Counted from the stretch's first letter, positions 20,728 to 29,997 are shown. The stretch is 64,000 nt of DNA from an uncultured bacterium (GCA_963768625.1 CAVYIK010000001.1:2706-66705), one strand, 5' to 3'. The notes: generated by a model not told the origin, from the sequence alone. Made by a program: numbers and translations.

Positions 20728-20755
20728 AAAAACCCCGCATTGCTGCGGGGTTTTT
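20728..20755 (-). terminator. Rho-independent terminator (bidirectional shape) downstream of the RRM gene
   Basis: The sequence is aaaaa-ccccgca-ttgc-tgcgggg-ttttt. It has a 7-bp GC stem and a 4-nt loop, flanked by A5 and T5. Confidence 0.8.
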
Positions 20756-20785
20756 GCGTCTAGAGAAGACAAAGTTGGTAAGTAA

Positions 20786-21097
20786 TTACCAGCTCTGCCG
20801 TCCGTAGCCACCACCGTTGCTGCCGCGGTCGCCGCGGGGCGCACGGGGTTCGAGGGGCTTCGCTTCGTTCACGGTCAACTTGCGACCGCCGAAGTCCTTG
20901 CCGTTCCACATCTCGATCGCTTTTTGCGCTTCCGGATCGGTCGCCATTTCGACGAAACCGAAACCACGCGAGCGGCCCGTCATCTTGTCCGTGATGATTG
21001 TCGCGGACGTGACGTTGCCGGCCTGCGCGAACGCTGTCTGAAGCTCATCCTGCGTCGTGCTGTAGGGCAAACCCCCGATGTATAATTTTGTAGCCAT
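20786..21097 (-). CDS. RNA-binding protein with an RRM (RNP-1/RNP-2) domain and a Gly/Arg-rich tail
   Basis: KLYIGGLPY (RNP-2) and RGFGFVEM (RNP-1) are present. The start is at MATKLY. Confidence 0.9.
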   Translation of the reverse strand: MATKLYIGGLPYSTTQDELQTAFAQAGNVTSATIITDKMTGRSRGFGFVEMATDPEAQKAIEMWNGKDFGGRKLTVNEAKPLEPRAPRGDRGSNGGGYGRQSW

Positions 21098-21287
21098 TAA
21101 GTTCACTCCAACATCAAAACCGCTCATCTGGTGGACGCGATTTGGGTGCTGGGATCTGATTTGCTATGTTTTATGTAAGGCGACCTTGCTTCTCCTCTGC
21201 TTCCCCGCCGGGAGATGCCGGCAAAACGAAACCTACTAAGAACACTTACATCCCGTTTATTATACACCATATCGTATAAATAAGCAA

Positions 21288-22103
21288 ATGGTCCCCACCC
21301 AGGGTCGATTTAGGAGCATAATTTGGCAGTATTATCGCAAGTGCGGGCGCCGCATGCCCTGGCGCCGGACACGCGATCCATACCGCATTTTGGTCTCGGA
21401 GATCATGCTCCAGCAGACGCAGGTCGCGCGCGTGGTGCGGTTTTATCCCGCTTTCATTAAAAAATTTCCCGACTTCCGTTCGCTTGCGCAGGCAAAGACG
21501 GCGGATGTGCTCCGCGCGTGGCAGGGGATGGGGTATAACCGCCGCGCGCTCGCGCTCCAGAGGTTGTCAAGGATCGTTTTAGAAAAATTTAACGGCCGCC
21601 TGCCGCACGAGCGCGCGGCGCTCGTTTCCCTGCCCGGCATAGGAGAAGCGACTACGGGCGCCCTCCGCGCTTTTGCTTGGAATGAGCCGGAGGTATTCAT
21701 TGAGACCAATATTCGCCGTGTTTTCATCCATTTCTTCTTTCCGAAACACGAGAAAGTAACGGATGATGAACTGAGGCGTTATATCAAAAGGACGCTTGAT
21801 CGGAAGAATCCGCGCGAGTGGTACTGGGCGCTTATGGATTATGGCGCGATGCTCGGCGGCGTCGCCAATCCAAACAGAAAGAGCGCTCACTATAGGAAAC
21901 AGCCGCGGTTCTCCGGCTCGGACCGGGAATTGCGGGGAAAAATATTGCAGTTTTTACTCCGACGGGGGCAAAGGGATTGGCGAGGCGATCTTTCAATAAA
22001 AGAACTTGTCCAAGAAACCAAAGAACCTGCCGCGCGCGTCAAAAAGATCGTGAATGCGCTTGCTAAGGAGGGATTTATGGAGGAAAATAAAGTCCGGAAA
22101 TGA
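21288..22103 (+). CDS. HhH-GPD DNA glycosylase, MutY/A-G-specific adenine glycosylase-like, lacking the Cys4 Fe-S cluster loop
   Basis: ILVSEIMLQQTQV, GMGYNRRA and LPGIGEATTGALRAFAW (helix-hairpin-helix) are present. Only one Cys occurs in the whole protein. The C-terminus is a short helical region, not a NUDIX-like domain. Confidence 0.75.
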   Translation: MVPTQGRFRSIIWQYYRKCGRRMPWRRTRDPYRILVSEIMLQQTQVARVVRFYPAFIKKFPDFRSLAQAKTADVLRAWQGMGYNRRALALQRLSRIVLEKFNGRLPHERAALVSLPGIGEATTGALRAFAWNEPEVFIETNIRRVFIHFFFPKHEKVTDDELRRYIKRTLDRKNPREWYWALMDYGAMLGGVANPNRKSAHYRKQPRFSGSDRELRGKILQFLLRRGQRDWRGDLSIKELVQETKEPAARVKKIVNALAKEGFMEENKVRK

Positions 22104-23319
22104 AAATAAAATTTGCATCAATCATAGGGGTGGTCATTGCGTTGGTCGCGGCGGGGTTTTCCCTGGGTGTGTCAAGTGTGCCGACCGTATCAGTGGCAAC
22201 CGCCGCGACCGCCGCTAAGGCCCCGTTTTACTATGGCGTTTGGCTTCCTTTCTGGCAGAGCCAGAGCGGCGCTTCGGACATTGCGGTCAATTTAAGCTCT
22301 CTGCATGAGGTCAGCCCCTTTTCATATGAGCTCGGCACGGGCGGCACGATTATCGATGATCTTAAGATTGGCAATGGTTCGTGGGACGGATGGTTCAGCG
22401 CCGTGCGCGACGCCGGCGTGAAGATCATTCCTACGATCGCGTGGTTCAACGGCAACGGCATCTACGACCTGCTTTCAAGGGCAAGCACGCGGCAAGCGGA
22501 AGAGGACAAGATAGCCGCGCTCGCGAAGTCGGAAAATTTCGACGGCATTGATATTGATTTTGAGAGCATGACTCCCACAAACAAAGCCCTACTTCTCGCT
22601 TTTCATACAGGGGCTCGCCATGCGGCTACATCCGCAGAAGCGCGTGCTCACCTGCACAGTCGTCCCACGCACGCCCGTGAGCTCGCTCTACGACTCAACC
22701 CCGTTGCCCCCCGTCCAATATGCCGAAGATTACGTTGCGCTCAATAAATATTGCGACGAGGTGCGCGTCATGGCCTACGACCAAGGGACGCTTGATGTGA
22801 AACTCGACGCTTCAAAAGGGAACGGGACGCTCTATGCGCCGACCGCTGATCCCAGCTGGGTGGAGAAAGTGATCAAGAACACGATTGCGACGATCAGCCC
22901 GAAGAAGATCATGCTTGGCATCCCGACCTATGGATACGAATATCAGGTATCTTGGCAACGCCGGCGCGACGACGTACGAGCGCGTGCGCAGCTTCACGTT
23001 TTTTGACGCGATGGACCGCGCGGACAGCTTGGGTATCGCGCCCGTGAGGAATAACGCCGGCGAGCTTTCTTTTTCCTTCGCCTCGAGCACCCATATCAAT
23101 AACGTGGGGGCGAGTCTGACTTCAATTGTCGCTTCTACGCTGCCGACCGCTCTCGCCGCGACCGATCCGAACGCCTCGACCACGTTCTTTGCCTCCTTCA
23201 GCGATGCCCAATCAACGCTTGATAAGATAAATTTGGCCAAGAAATACGGGCTTCGCGGGGCCATCCTCTTCAAGGCGGACGGCAATTTGGATCCCGGCAT
23301 TTGGGGGGTTATGCACTAG
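22100..23319 (+). CDS. Secreted glycoside hydrolase family 18 (chitinase/endo-beta-N-acetylglucosaminidase-like), with two apparent +1 frame steps (near 22586 and 22951)
   Basis: It has an N-terminal TM/signal segment and the catalytic motif FDGIDIDFE. It continues as [16 protein letters not shown]...VRVMAYDQG...[14 protein letters not shown] and then [21 protein letters not shown]...[12 protein letters not shown] in successive frames (track ORFs 22100, 22620, 22885). Confidence 0.8.
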
Positions 23320-23394
23320 AACCTGCAAGTAAAGCGCAATCGTATAGTATAATGACAAGTAAAGGACCTCTCCGATCCTCTACTTCGCGTTATC

Positions 23395-24564
23395 ATGCCG
23401 CGCCTTCGCAAAACACCAAGGAAGCCAGCTGCCCCCTCTTCAAAAAAAGGCGTGAGCCGCAGTCGCGCCGGAAAAATAGTTTCCGTGCTCCGCCGCGCCG
23501 CTCGCGCTCGCGCAGAACATCAAAAGCCGCACCAACTTGAGCGACACGAAAACAATCCTATTATTGAACCCCGCGAGGACCGCCTCTGGGAAATGAAGGC
23601 GACATTCAATCCAGGTGCGGTCTATGCCGACCACCGGGTGCATCTTCTTTATCGCGCGATCGGGGGAGAGGATATTTCCGTTCTCGGGTATGCTGCGAGC
23701 GATGATGGTGCGACGATCATTGAACGGCTTGCGGAACCTGCCTATGTTCCCGACACCACAAAGAAGCCCGACCCGAACGCGCCGGTCGTCCTGCCCGCGT
23801 ATTGCTCCGGCGGGGGATGGAACGGCGGCTGCGAAGACCCGCGCCTCGCGCTTATTGATGACCGCGTCTATCTCACCTATACGGCCTTCGACGGATGGGG
23901 CTCCATCCGCATTGCCCTTTCTTCAATCGGCCTTGATGATTTTCTCGCCAAGCGGTGGCGGTGGAAAAAGCCGGCGCTCATTTCTCCGCCCGGCGAGATC
24001 CATAAGAACTGGGTATTGTTCCCGGAAAAGATCCGCGGGAAATTTGCCATCCTGCACAGCATTTCCCCGGAGATCGCCGTGGATTATTTTGACAGCATGG
24101 AAGAGCTCGAAAGCGGTACGCGGGTGATCCAGAGCCGCCACGACCGCATTTCGCGGACCGGCAGCTGGGACAGTTGGATTCGCGGTGCCGGGCCGCCGCC
24201 GATCAAAACCAAACTTGGCTGGCTTCTGCTCTACCACGCGATGGACGTGCGCGACCCCGATCGCTACAAGATCGGCGCGATGATCCTTGATAAGGACGAT
24301 CCTACGAAAGTACTCTACCGCTCAAAAGTCCCCGTTTTAGAGCCCGATGCGCACTACGAAAATAGCGGTTTCAAGTCCGGCGTCGTTTATTCTTGCGGGG
24401 CGGTCGTGAAGGACGGCGAACTCTACGTATATTACGGCGGCGGCGACTCCGTCGTTTGCGTCGCGATGGCGAACCTAGAAACCTTCCTTGATGAGCTGAA
24501 GCGCCACGGCGCTCCGAAGCTCGCCGCAGAACCGAAACGGAGAACGCGCAATGCCACTCGTTAA
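23395..24564 (+). CDS. GH130-family glycoside phosphorylase/glycosidase-like protein (DUF377-type beta-propeller)
   Basis: NPIIEPRED..WEMKATFNPGAVY...LLYRAIG, GGCEDPRL...VYLTYTAFDG, WLLLYHAM and LYVYYGGGDSVVCVA are present. Confidence 0.8.
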   Translation: MPRLRKTPRKPAAPSSKKGVSRSRAGKIVSVLRRAARARAEHQKPHQLERHENNPIIEPREDRLWEMKATFNPGAVYADHRVHLLYRAIGGEDISVLGYAASDDGATIIERLAEPAYVPDTTKKPDPNAPVVLPAYCSGGGWNGGCEDPRLALIDDRVYLTYTAFDGWGSIRIALSSIGLDDFLAKRWRWKKPALISPPGEIHKNWVLFPEKIRGKFAILHSISPEIAVDYFDSMEELESGTRVIQSRHDRISRTGSWDSWIRGAGPPPIKTKLGWLLLYHAMDVRDPDRYKIGAMILDKDDPTKVLYRSKVPVLEPDAHYENSGFKSGVVYSCGAVVKDGELYVYYGGGDSVVCVAMANLETFLDELKRHGAPKLAAEPKRRTRNATR

Positions 24565-26476
24565 GCGCTCGCCCGAAAACCCCATCCTTCTGCCCGACCC
24601 AAAATCGGCGTGGGAAGCCGCGGCTGCATACAACCCCTGCGCGGTTGAAAGCGATGGCGTGATTCATCTCTTATACCGCGCAACGGGCGCAAAACAAAAG
24701 GTGGGAGGAGTCGATGTTGAGGTTTCCACGATTGGCCACGCGACAAGCAAGGACGGCATAAACTTCAAGGGCCGCGAGCAGCTCTTTGCGCCGCAATATG
24801 ATTGGGAACGCTATGGCTGCGAAGACCCGCGCGCAACGACCTTTGAGGGGAAGCATTACATTTTTTATACGGCGGTGCGGGAATTTTCCGCGGACGGCAT
24901 CAAGGTGGCGGTCGCGATCACGAAGGATTGTAAAAAGATAGACGAGAAGCATCTCGTGACGCCATTCAACGCGAAGGCGATGGCGCTCTTTCCCGAACGC
25001 GTGAACGGCAAGATCGCGGCGGTGCTCACGGTGAACACCGACCGCCCGCCGGCGAAGATCTGCCTTGCGCTCTTTGACCGCATAGAAGACCTCTGGTCGG
25101 AGGAATATTGGAACAAATGGTATGCCGACTGGAAGAGCCACGTGATCGCGATCGACCAGAACGACGAAAAGGACCAGATCGAGGTCGGCTCGACGCGCCG
25201 TGAAGACCAAGGACGGTTGGCTTATGTTCTATTCCTACATCTATAATTATTTCTCGCCGCCGGCGATCTTCGGCGTCCAGGCGGTGCTCTTGGACCTCAA
25301 AGACCCAAAAAAGATAGTGGGCGAGGTGAAGCGGCCGTTCCTTGTGCCGGAGGAAGAATATGAATATTACGGCCGCGTGCCGCACATCGTTTTCCCGTCC
25401 GGCGCGCTCATCCGTAAAAAGGACGTTTATCTTTATTATGGTGCGACGGATACGGTTTCCTGCGTCGCCGTGCTTCCCTTGGACGAATTGCTTGAACAAC
25501 TCGTTTTCACCGCCCAGCGGGAACTGGTCCGGTTTGAAGGCAATCCCATCATCGCGCCCATCGCGGAGCACAAATGGGAATCGCAGGCGACGTTCAATCC
25601 GGCCGCGATCTTCCTGAACGGCAAAGTGCGCATCCTTTATCGGGCCATGTCCGACGACAACACCTCACGGTTGGTTACGCGAGTTCCGTGGACGGCGTGC
25701 ATATCGCGAAGCGCCTGCCTGACCCGATCTATACCCCGCGCGAGGATTTTGAGCGGAAACTTGTACCCGGTGGCAATTCCGGCTGCGAAGACCCGCGGCT
25801 CACGCAGATAGGGGACACGCTCTATATGTGCTATACCGCTTTCGACGGGAAAGGTCCGCCGCGCGTGGCGTTCACCTCAATCACGGCAAAGGATTTTGAT
25901 GACCACAAATGGAACTGGACGAAGCCGGTCTTGATCTCCCCGCCCGGCCTGGATGACAAGGATGCGGCGCTCTTCCCGAAGAAGATCGGCGGGAAATATT
26001 GGTTCTTGCACCGGCTGGGTTCGGACATTTGGATCGACTCGGTGAACGACCTTAACTTTGACGGGGAAACGAAATTTCTTGGCGGCAAGGTCCTCATGCG
26101 GCCGCGCGACAGCGAATGGGATTCAAAGCGGATCGGCGGCACCTCGCCTCCTATTGAAACAAAATACGGCTGGCTGCTCTTCTATCACGGCATCTCGCGC
26201 CGCACCGGCCATTATAATATCCGCGCAGCCCTCTTGGACCTCAAAGACCCAACGCTCGTGCTTTATCGGACGCACGATCCGCTCTTGGAGCCCGAAATGC
26301 CTTATGAAAAAGAGGGCGTCGTAGGAAACGTGGTCTTCCCCTGCGGGGCGGTCATGATGAAAAACGAGCTCTTCGTCTATTACGGCGGCGCCGACAAATT
26401 TGTCGGCGTGGCCACGCTTGATATGGAGGTGATTGTAGGAGGCCTCGCGCGCGAGGCGAAGTTGCACGGCCGCTAG
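24551..26476 (+). CDS. Tandem double GH130-domain protein, with two apparent frame breaks (+1 near 25195, -1 near 25668)
   Basis: Domain A reads ENPILLP..WEAAAAYNPCAV...YGCEDPRAT...KTKDGWLMFYSY...LYYGATDTVSCVAV. It runs without a stop into domain B: GNPIIAP..WESQATFNPAAIF...SGCEDPRLT...YGWLLFYHGI...VYYGGADKFVGVA. Track ORFs are 24551, 25200 and 25574. Confidence 0.75.
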
Positions 26477-26485
26477 GCCGCGGCC

Positions 26486-26922
26486 TTACTTCTCGGAGAT
26501 CTCTTTACTCACAACAACGATAATGGCGGTATAGGCGACGCCGAACCGGAGTGCGGCGCTTCTTGAGGGCATCCAGATATCTACGCCATTTTTATGCGGC
26601 GGGCCATGCGGTCCTCCACGGTGAAGACCTTGTCCCCGAAAAGCGCAGGTATCTTTATCTGCGTGCCGAAAGGAAGAGCGTTCGTTGCGACGACCCCGTC
26701 ATGGACGTGAACGCCATTCGCCGTGATAAAGGGGGTACTGTCCGTTTGGTCAACGGTGCTTGAATACGCCGTAATGCGCATGGCCATTGCTTGCGGCGCG
26801 GGCAGGGCAGGCAGGGCGGGCGGGGGCACATCCGCGGCTTGAATAATGGCCGGAACGACGGTTGCCACGAACGTAGCTGCTATAGCCGAGAGGAGGTAGG
26901 CCTTTCTAATTAGTTTTTTCAT
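26486..26922 (-). CDS. Secreted 3D-domain (MltA/RlpA-like double-psi barrel) protein, with one apparent frame break near 26595
   Basis: A signal-like N-terminus (MKKLIRKAYLLSAIAATFVATVVPA) is followed by ITAYSSTVDQTDSTPFITANG...LPFGTQIKIP...FTVEDRM. The expected ...KNGVDIWMPSRSAALRFG... tail is readable in another frame down to TAA at 26486-26488. Confidence 0.7.
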
Positions 26923-26932
26923 ATTTTCCAAC

Positions 26933-26952
26933 AAAAACGCCCCTTCCGGGGC
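26933..26952 (-). terminator. Possible terminator or attenuator hairpin downstream of the HTH gene
   Basis: The minus strand reads gcccc-ggaa-ggggc followed by gtttttg. It sits only about 10 nt before the 3D-domain gene start. Confidence 0.4.
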
Positions 26953-27041
26953 ATAACATGTTCCTATTTTTGTTGTAGGGATATTGTAGCGCGGATGGCC
27001 TCAAAAGTCAAGGAGGGGGCTCTGAATGCCTTTTTTGATGG

Positions 27042-27278
27042 TTACCGCTTAAGAGCGTCCTGGAAAAGCTTCGGCGTCACGGCGCCGGCACTCTCTTTCG
27101 GAACCTTTATCTTCCGGTCGATCATTTTTTGCAGGTCAACCACGCGCACCTTCCATTCCTTGCCGATTTTGAATCCGGGGAGCTTGCCCCTTTTGCACCA
27201 ATCCCGGATCGTCTGTTTCGTCACGCCAAAGAACTTCGCCAACCGCCCTGCGTTATAGATGGCCTCTTTCCCTGCCAT
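27042..27278 (-). CDS. Helix-turn-helix DNA-binding protein (excisionase/MerR-like HTH_17 type)
   Basis: AGRLAKFFGVTKQTIRDWCKRGKLPGFKIGKEWKV is the typical excisionase-family HTH pattern. Confidence 0.75.
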   Translation of the reverse strand: MAGKEAIYNAGRLAKFFGVTKQTIRDWCKRGKLPGFKIGKEWKVRVVDLQKMIDRKIKVPKESAGAVTPKLFQDALKR

Positions 27279-27337
27279 AATAGGATTATATCACTTGAAA
27301 GCCCTTTCTTCCCCTGGTAAGATAATGGGAAACAACC

Positions 27338-27532
27338 ATGGCATTTGAGGCACCATTTGGGGAGGGAAAACAGTCAAACGTAGAAAGGGAGCTCATGGAG
27401 AAAAACGCCATGGAAGCTGCCTTGGCGAAGCAGAGACAGGAAGAAATTCTTCGTAAAAGAAAAGAGAGGGCGAAGCCATCGCTGGGTGAGCGGGCGAGCC
27501 AAGAGGGGGGAGACAAGCGCGAAGCGCTATAA
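27338..27532 (+). CDS. Small Lys/Glu-rich hypothetical protein
   Basis: The 64-aa ORF is divergent from the HTH gene. No motif was recognised. Confidence 0.3.
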   Translation: MAFEAPFGEGKQSNVERELMEKNAMEAALAKQRQEEILRKRKERAKPSLGERASQEGGDKREAL

Positions 27533-27580
27533 TTACAGGGAGGGATAGTAAAGGTCGCAAACCACACACTTTCTATTATC

Positions 27581-27742
27581 ATGTGGAAACAGTGGCTTAA
27601 TTTCATCCTCGGCCTGCTGGTTATTGTACTTGCGTATTCCGGAGGGAGCATGATCGGATATATTGTTCTTGGAATCGTAATCGCGCTTGTTGCCCTTTGG
27701 GCTGCGCTTGAAAAGAAAGGCATGATGGCGCCGAAGGTCTAG
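27581..27742 (+). CDS. Small two-TM membrane protein (53 aa, below the track cut-off)
   Basis: ATG 27581 to TAG 27740-27742 encodes MWKQWLNFILGLLVIVLAYSGGSMIGYIVLGIVIALVALWAALEKKGMMAPKV. A terminator follows. The overlapping minus-strand track ORF 27533..27796 looks spurious. Confidence 0.45.
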   Translation: MWKQWLNFILGLLVIVLAYSGGSMIGYIVLGIVIALVALWAALEKKGMMAPKV

Positions 27743-27780
27743 GGGCGAAGAGTAGGAAGGAGGGAAGAGGAAAGATCTCA

Positions 27781-27815
27781 AAAACCCGCGGAGCATTGGC
27801 CCCGCAGGTTTTTTA
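27781..27815. terminator. Hairpin between convergent genes (likely bidirectional terminator)
   Basis: The sequence is aaaaacccgcgg-agcattggcc-ccgcaggtttttt. The ~9-bp stem has one mismatch and is flanked by A and T runs. Confidence 0.55.
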
Positions 27816-27822
27816 AAATTGC

Positions 27823-29751
27823 TTATTGGCAGGCCAGGCCCGATGCGTAAGCACCGCTCGTCGCGTTGGGGTCATACGCCTCGGTCGCCACGATGCATGA
27901 CCAAGAAAGCACTGCGGCATTGAGCACGGCCTTTCCCTGGCTCTGGTCCGTCGCCACGGCGCGCAGGGTGATCGTCATGGTTGGGTTGACGCCGGAAATG
28001 CTCATCCAGTGCACCCCCAGGAGTTCGAGGGGGAGCAGTTTTTGGCTCGTGGGCCCGATAGTAAAGGAAACCGGTATCTGGATGCCCGTTCCGACGTTGG
28101 TGTAGGGAAGAGAAGGGTCCGCCGCTAAGCTTTCCAGATGGTAGTCGGAGCCGAGCGGGAGTTCGGTGGCGGGGTCTATGAACCTCAAAACTAGCGGACC
28201 GTACGCAACATTCAGGGCGGTATAGGAGACGTCCAGGGTCAAATTGCTCACCATGATAGGTTCCGCGTCGTTGTTTCTAAACACGAACCCCCCGTCGTTC
28301 TCATTGCTTTGAAGTACGGTGTCCATGGAAGAAGGTGCGGTCACAAAGAATGCGCCTGGCGGCGTCGTAAACGAAAATTGCTTTGATTGCGTCGCGCGGT
28401 TTGCGCCAGAAAGAGGCGTAAGACTGATCGAGCAGTTATAGGAGGTCCTCACATCGAATGTAGGGTTTTGGTCGGTAGCGCCCTGGAGCGGCAGATTCGG
28501 TATCGGGTTGCAGGAAAAATCAGTGGAGAACGAGGGAAGCGATCCGCTACCCCCGATCGTCGCGTCGCCGAGGGCCCACGTCAGGGTCCCCGCCGATCCT
28601 GCGTTTGTGGTGAGTACCATTTTATAGGGACCGTCCGCTTCCTCCTTGAAGGAAAGCGTAGTGGCGTCCAGGAATGATTGCGCCGTGACGGCCGTAGATT
28701 TCTGCACGGGCGGCGCAGGGGCGGGCGTGGGCGCCGCAGCCGCAGGCTTCTTTGTGGTCGTTACTGCGGTTTTAGTTGTTTTTGCGGCTGTCTTGGGCGA
28801 GAGAAGATGGACCTGCGGCAATAATCCCGGCGTGACCTGCGCTTCCGAACTTGCTGTATCTATTGGGGTCACAGGGGACGACGAAGCAAGAGAAGGCGCA
28901 ACGGCGGTCTGTACGATGGCCGTTTCCTGCGGTTGTGTCGGCCGAGGCGTCCCTCCAAAACCAAGAAGAACGGCTTGCCTATGGAAGATCGCCAGGGCTG
29001 CGACGCCGGTCGCGACGAGTATGATGCCGAGCCCGACGGTGGAAGAAATCTCTTTTCTCGCGCTCCTTCCGGGCCCTTTAATGATCAGTTCTTCTTTGGG
29101 GTTGCCCAGGCGCAGGTTCTTTATGATCGTGTCCGCTACAAAATCAGGCGACATATAGGTACCGATATCAGCGGGCTGTTTGTCGCCAAATAAGTGCGTC
29201 TGCATCCCGCCGGGATAGATCGCGATCACTTCAATGCCACTTCCCTTGGTTTCCAATCGCAGGGATTCGGTAAAGCCGGTTTCTGCATATTTGCTCGCGC
29301 AGTAGGCCGCTGACCCGGCTCGTCCCGTGAGGGCGCTCGTTGAGAGGATATTTACGATGGTCCCGGATTTTTGCTTTCTCATCACGGCAAGCGCCGACCG
29401 TGAACCGTACATCGTGCCGAACAAATTCACCTCCATCATCTGGTGCGCCCTTGCCATGTCGATGTCCTCGATCGGCCCGTGCGGTATCCAGATGCCCGCG
29501 TTATTGATCCAGACGTCGATGCGGCCGAATTTTTTTACGCTCTCCTCGGCCAGCCGCGCGATATCTTTTTCGTTCGTCACGTCGGCCGTGACGCCGAACA
29601 CATTCATGTCCTTCGCGACCTGGTTCAGTTCGCCCTCATCTTTCCCGTTCATGACCACTTTCGCCCCCTCTTTGGCGAAGGCGGTTGCAAGCGACCTTCC
29701 GAGCCCCTTCGTGGAGCCCGTGATTACGACCACCTTATCCTTCAATTCCAT
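27823..29751 (-). CDS. Fusion protein with an N-terminal short-chain dehydrogenase/reductase domain, one TM helix, a Pro/Thr/Ala-rich linker and a ~280-aa uncharacterised beta-rich C-terminal domain
   Basis: SDR motifs present are VVVITGSTKGLG (TGxxxGxG), NNAG and YCASK (YxxxK). The TM helix is VGLGIILVATGVAALAIF. The linker reads ...TTKKPAAAAPTPAPAPP... The protein ends ...YASGLACQ. Confidence 0.8.
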   Translation of the reverse strand: MELKDKVVVITGSTKGLGRSLATAFAKEGAKVVMNGKDEGELNQVAKDMNVFGVTADVTNEKDIARLAEESVKKFGRIDVWINNAGIWIPHGPIEDIDMARAHQMMEVNLFGTMYGSRSALAVMRKQKSGTIVNILSTSALTGRAGSAAYCASKYAETGFTESLRLETKGSGIEVIAIYPGGMQTHLFGDKQPADIGTYMSPDFVADTIIKNLRLGNPKEELIIKGPGRSARKEISSTVGLGIILVATGVAALAIFHRQAVLLGFGGTPRPTQPQETAIVQTAVAPSLASSSPVTPIDTASSEAQVTPGLLPQVHLLSPKTAAKTTKTAVTTTKKPAAAAPTPAPAPPVQKSTAVTAQSFLDATTLSFKEEADGPYKMVLTTNAGSAGTLTWALGDATIGGSGSLPSFSTDFSCNPIPNLPLQGATDQNPTFDVRTSYNCSISLTPLSGANRATQSKQFSFTTPPGAFFVTAPSSMDTVLQSNENDGGFVFRNNDAEPIMVSNLTLDVSYTALNVAYGPLVLRFIDPATELPLGSDYHLESLAADPSLPYTNVGTGIQIPVSFTIGPTSQKLLPLELLGVHWMSISGVNPTMTITLRAVATDQSQGKAVLNAAVLSWSCIVATEAYDPNATSGAYASGLACQ

Positions 29752-29831
29752 TCCAGAATCATAACCGTTTTGCTAGGTACTTTCCAGATTTGGCGGAATC
29801 TGGTAGATTTTCAGTGGAATGGGAAACGGTT

Positions 29832-29903
29832 GCCGGAGTAGCTCAATGGCAGAGCAATGCTTTCGTAAAGCAGAGGTTGGAGGTTCGACTCCTCTCTCCG
29901 GCT
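29832..29903 (+). tRNA. tRNA-Thr (anticodon CGU), CCA not encoded
   Basis: The manual fold is gccggag/ta/gctc-aatggca-gagc/a/atgct-ttCGTaa-agcag/aggtt/ggagg-ttcgact-cctct/ctccggc/t. The acceptor stem has 7 bp, the D stem 4 bp, the T stem 5 bp and the T loop is TTCGACT. Total length is 72 nt. Confidence 0.9.
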
Positions 29904-29908
29904 CAAGC

Positions 29909-29982
29909 GGCAGCGAGAAGGACATGGCTTCGCGCAGAGTACTCGGAAGGGCTCTGCGCGAAGCCATGTCCTTCTCGCTGCC
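29909..29982. repeat. Perfect 31-bp inverted repeat with a 12-nt spacer, immediately 3' of tRNA-Thr
   Basis: The left arm is ggcagcgagaaggacatggcttcgcgcagag (29909-29939). The spacer is tactcggaaggg. The right arm is ctctgcgcgaagccatgtccttctcgctgcc (29952-29982), its exact reverse complement. No T-tract follows. Confidence 0.95.
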
Positions 29983-29991
29983 CCGAGCTGG

Positions 29992-29997
29992 TATAAT
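29992..29997 (+). promoter_or_regulatory. Candidate -10 box TATAAT upstream of prfB (ATG 30019)
   Basis: The sequence reads gctggtataataaggtaaagaaataagaagcaATG. Confidence 0.4.
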
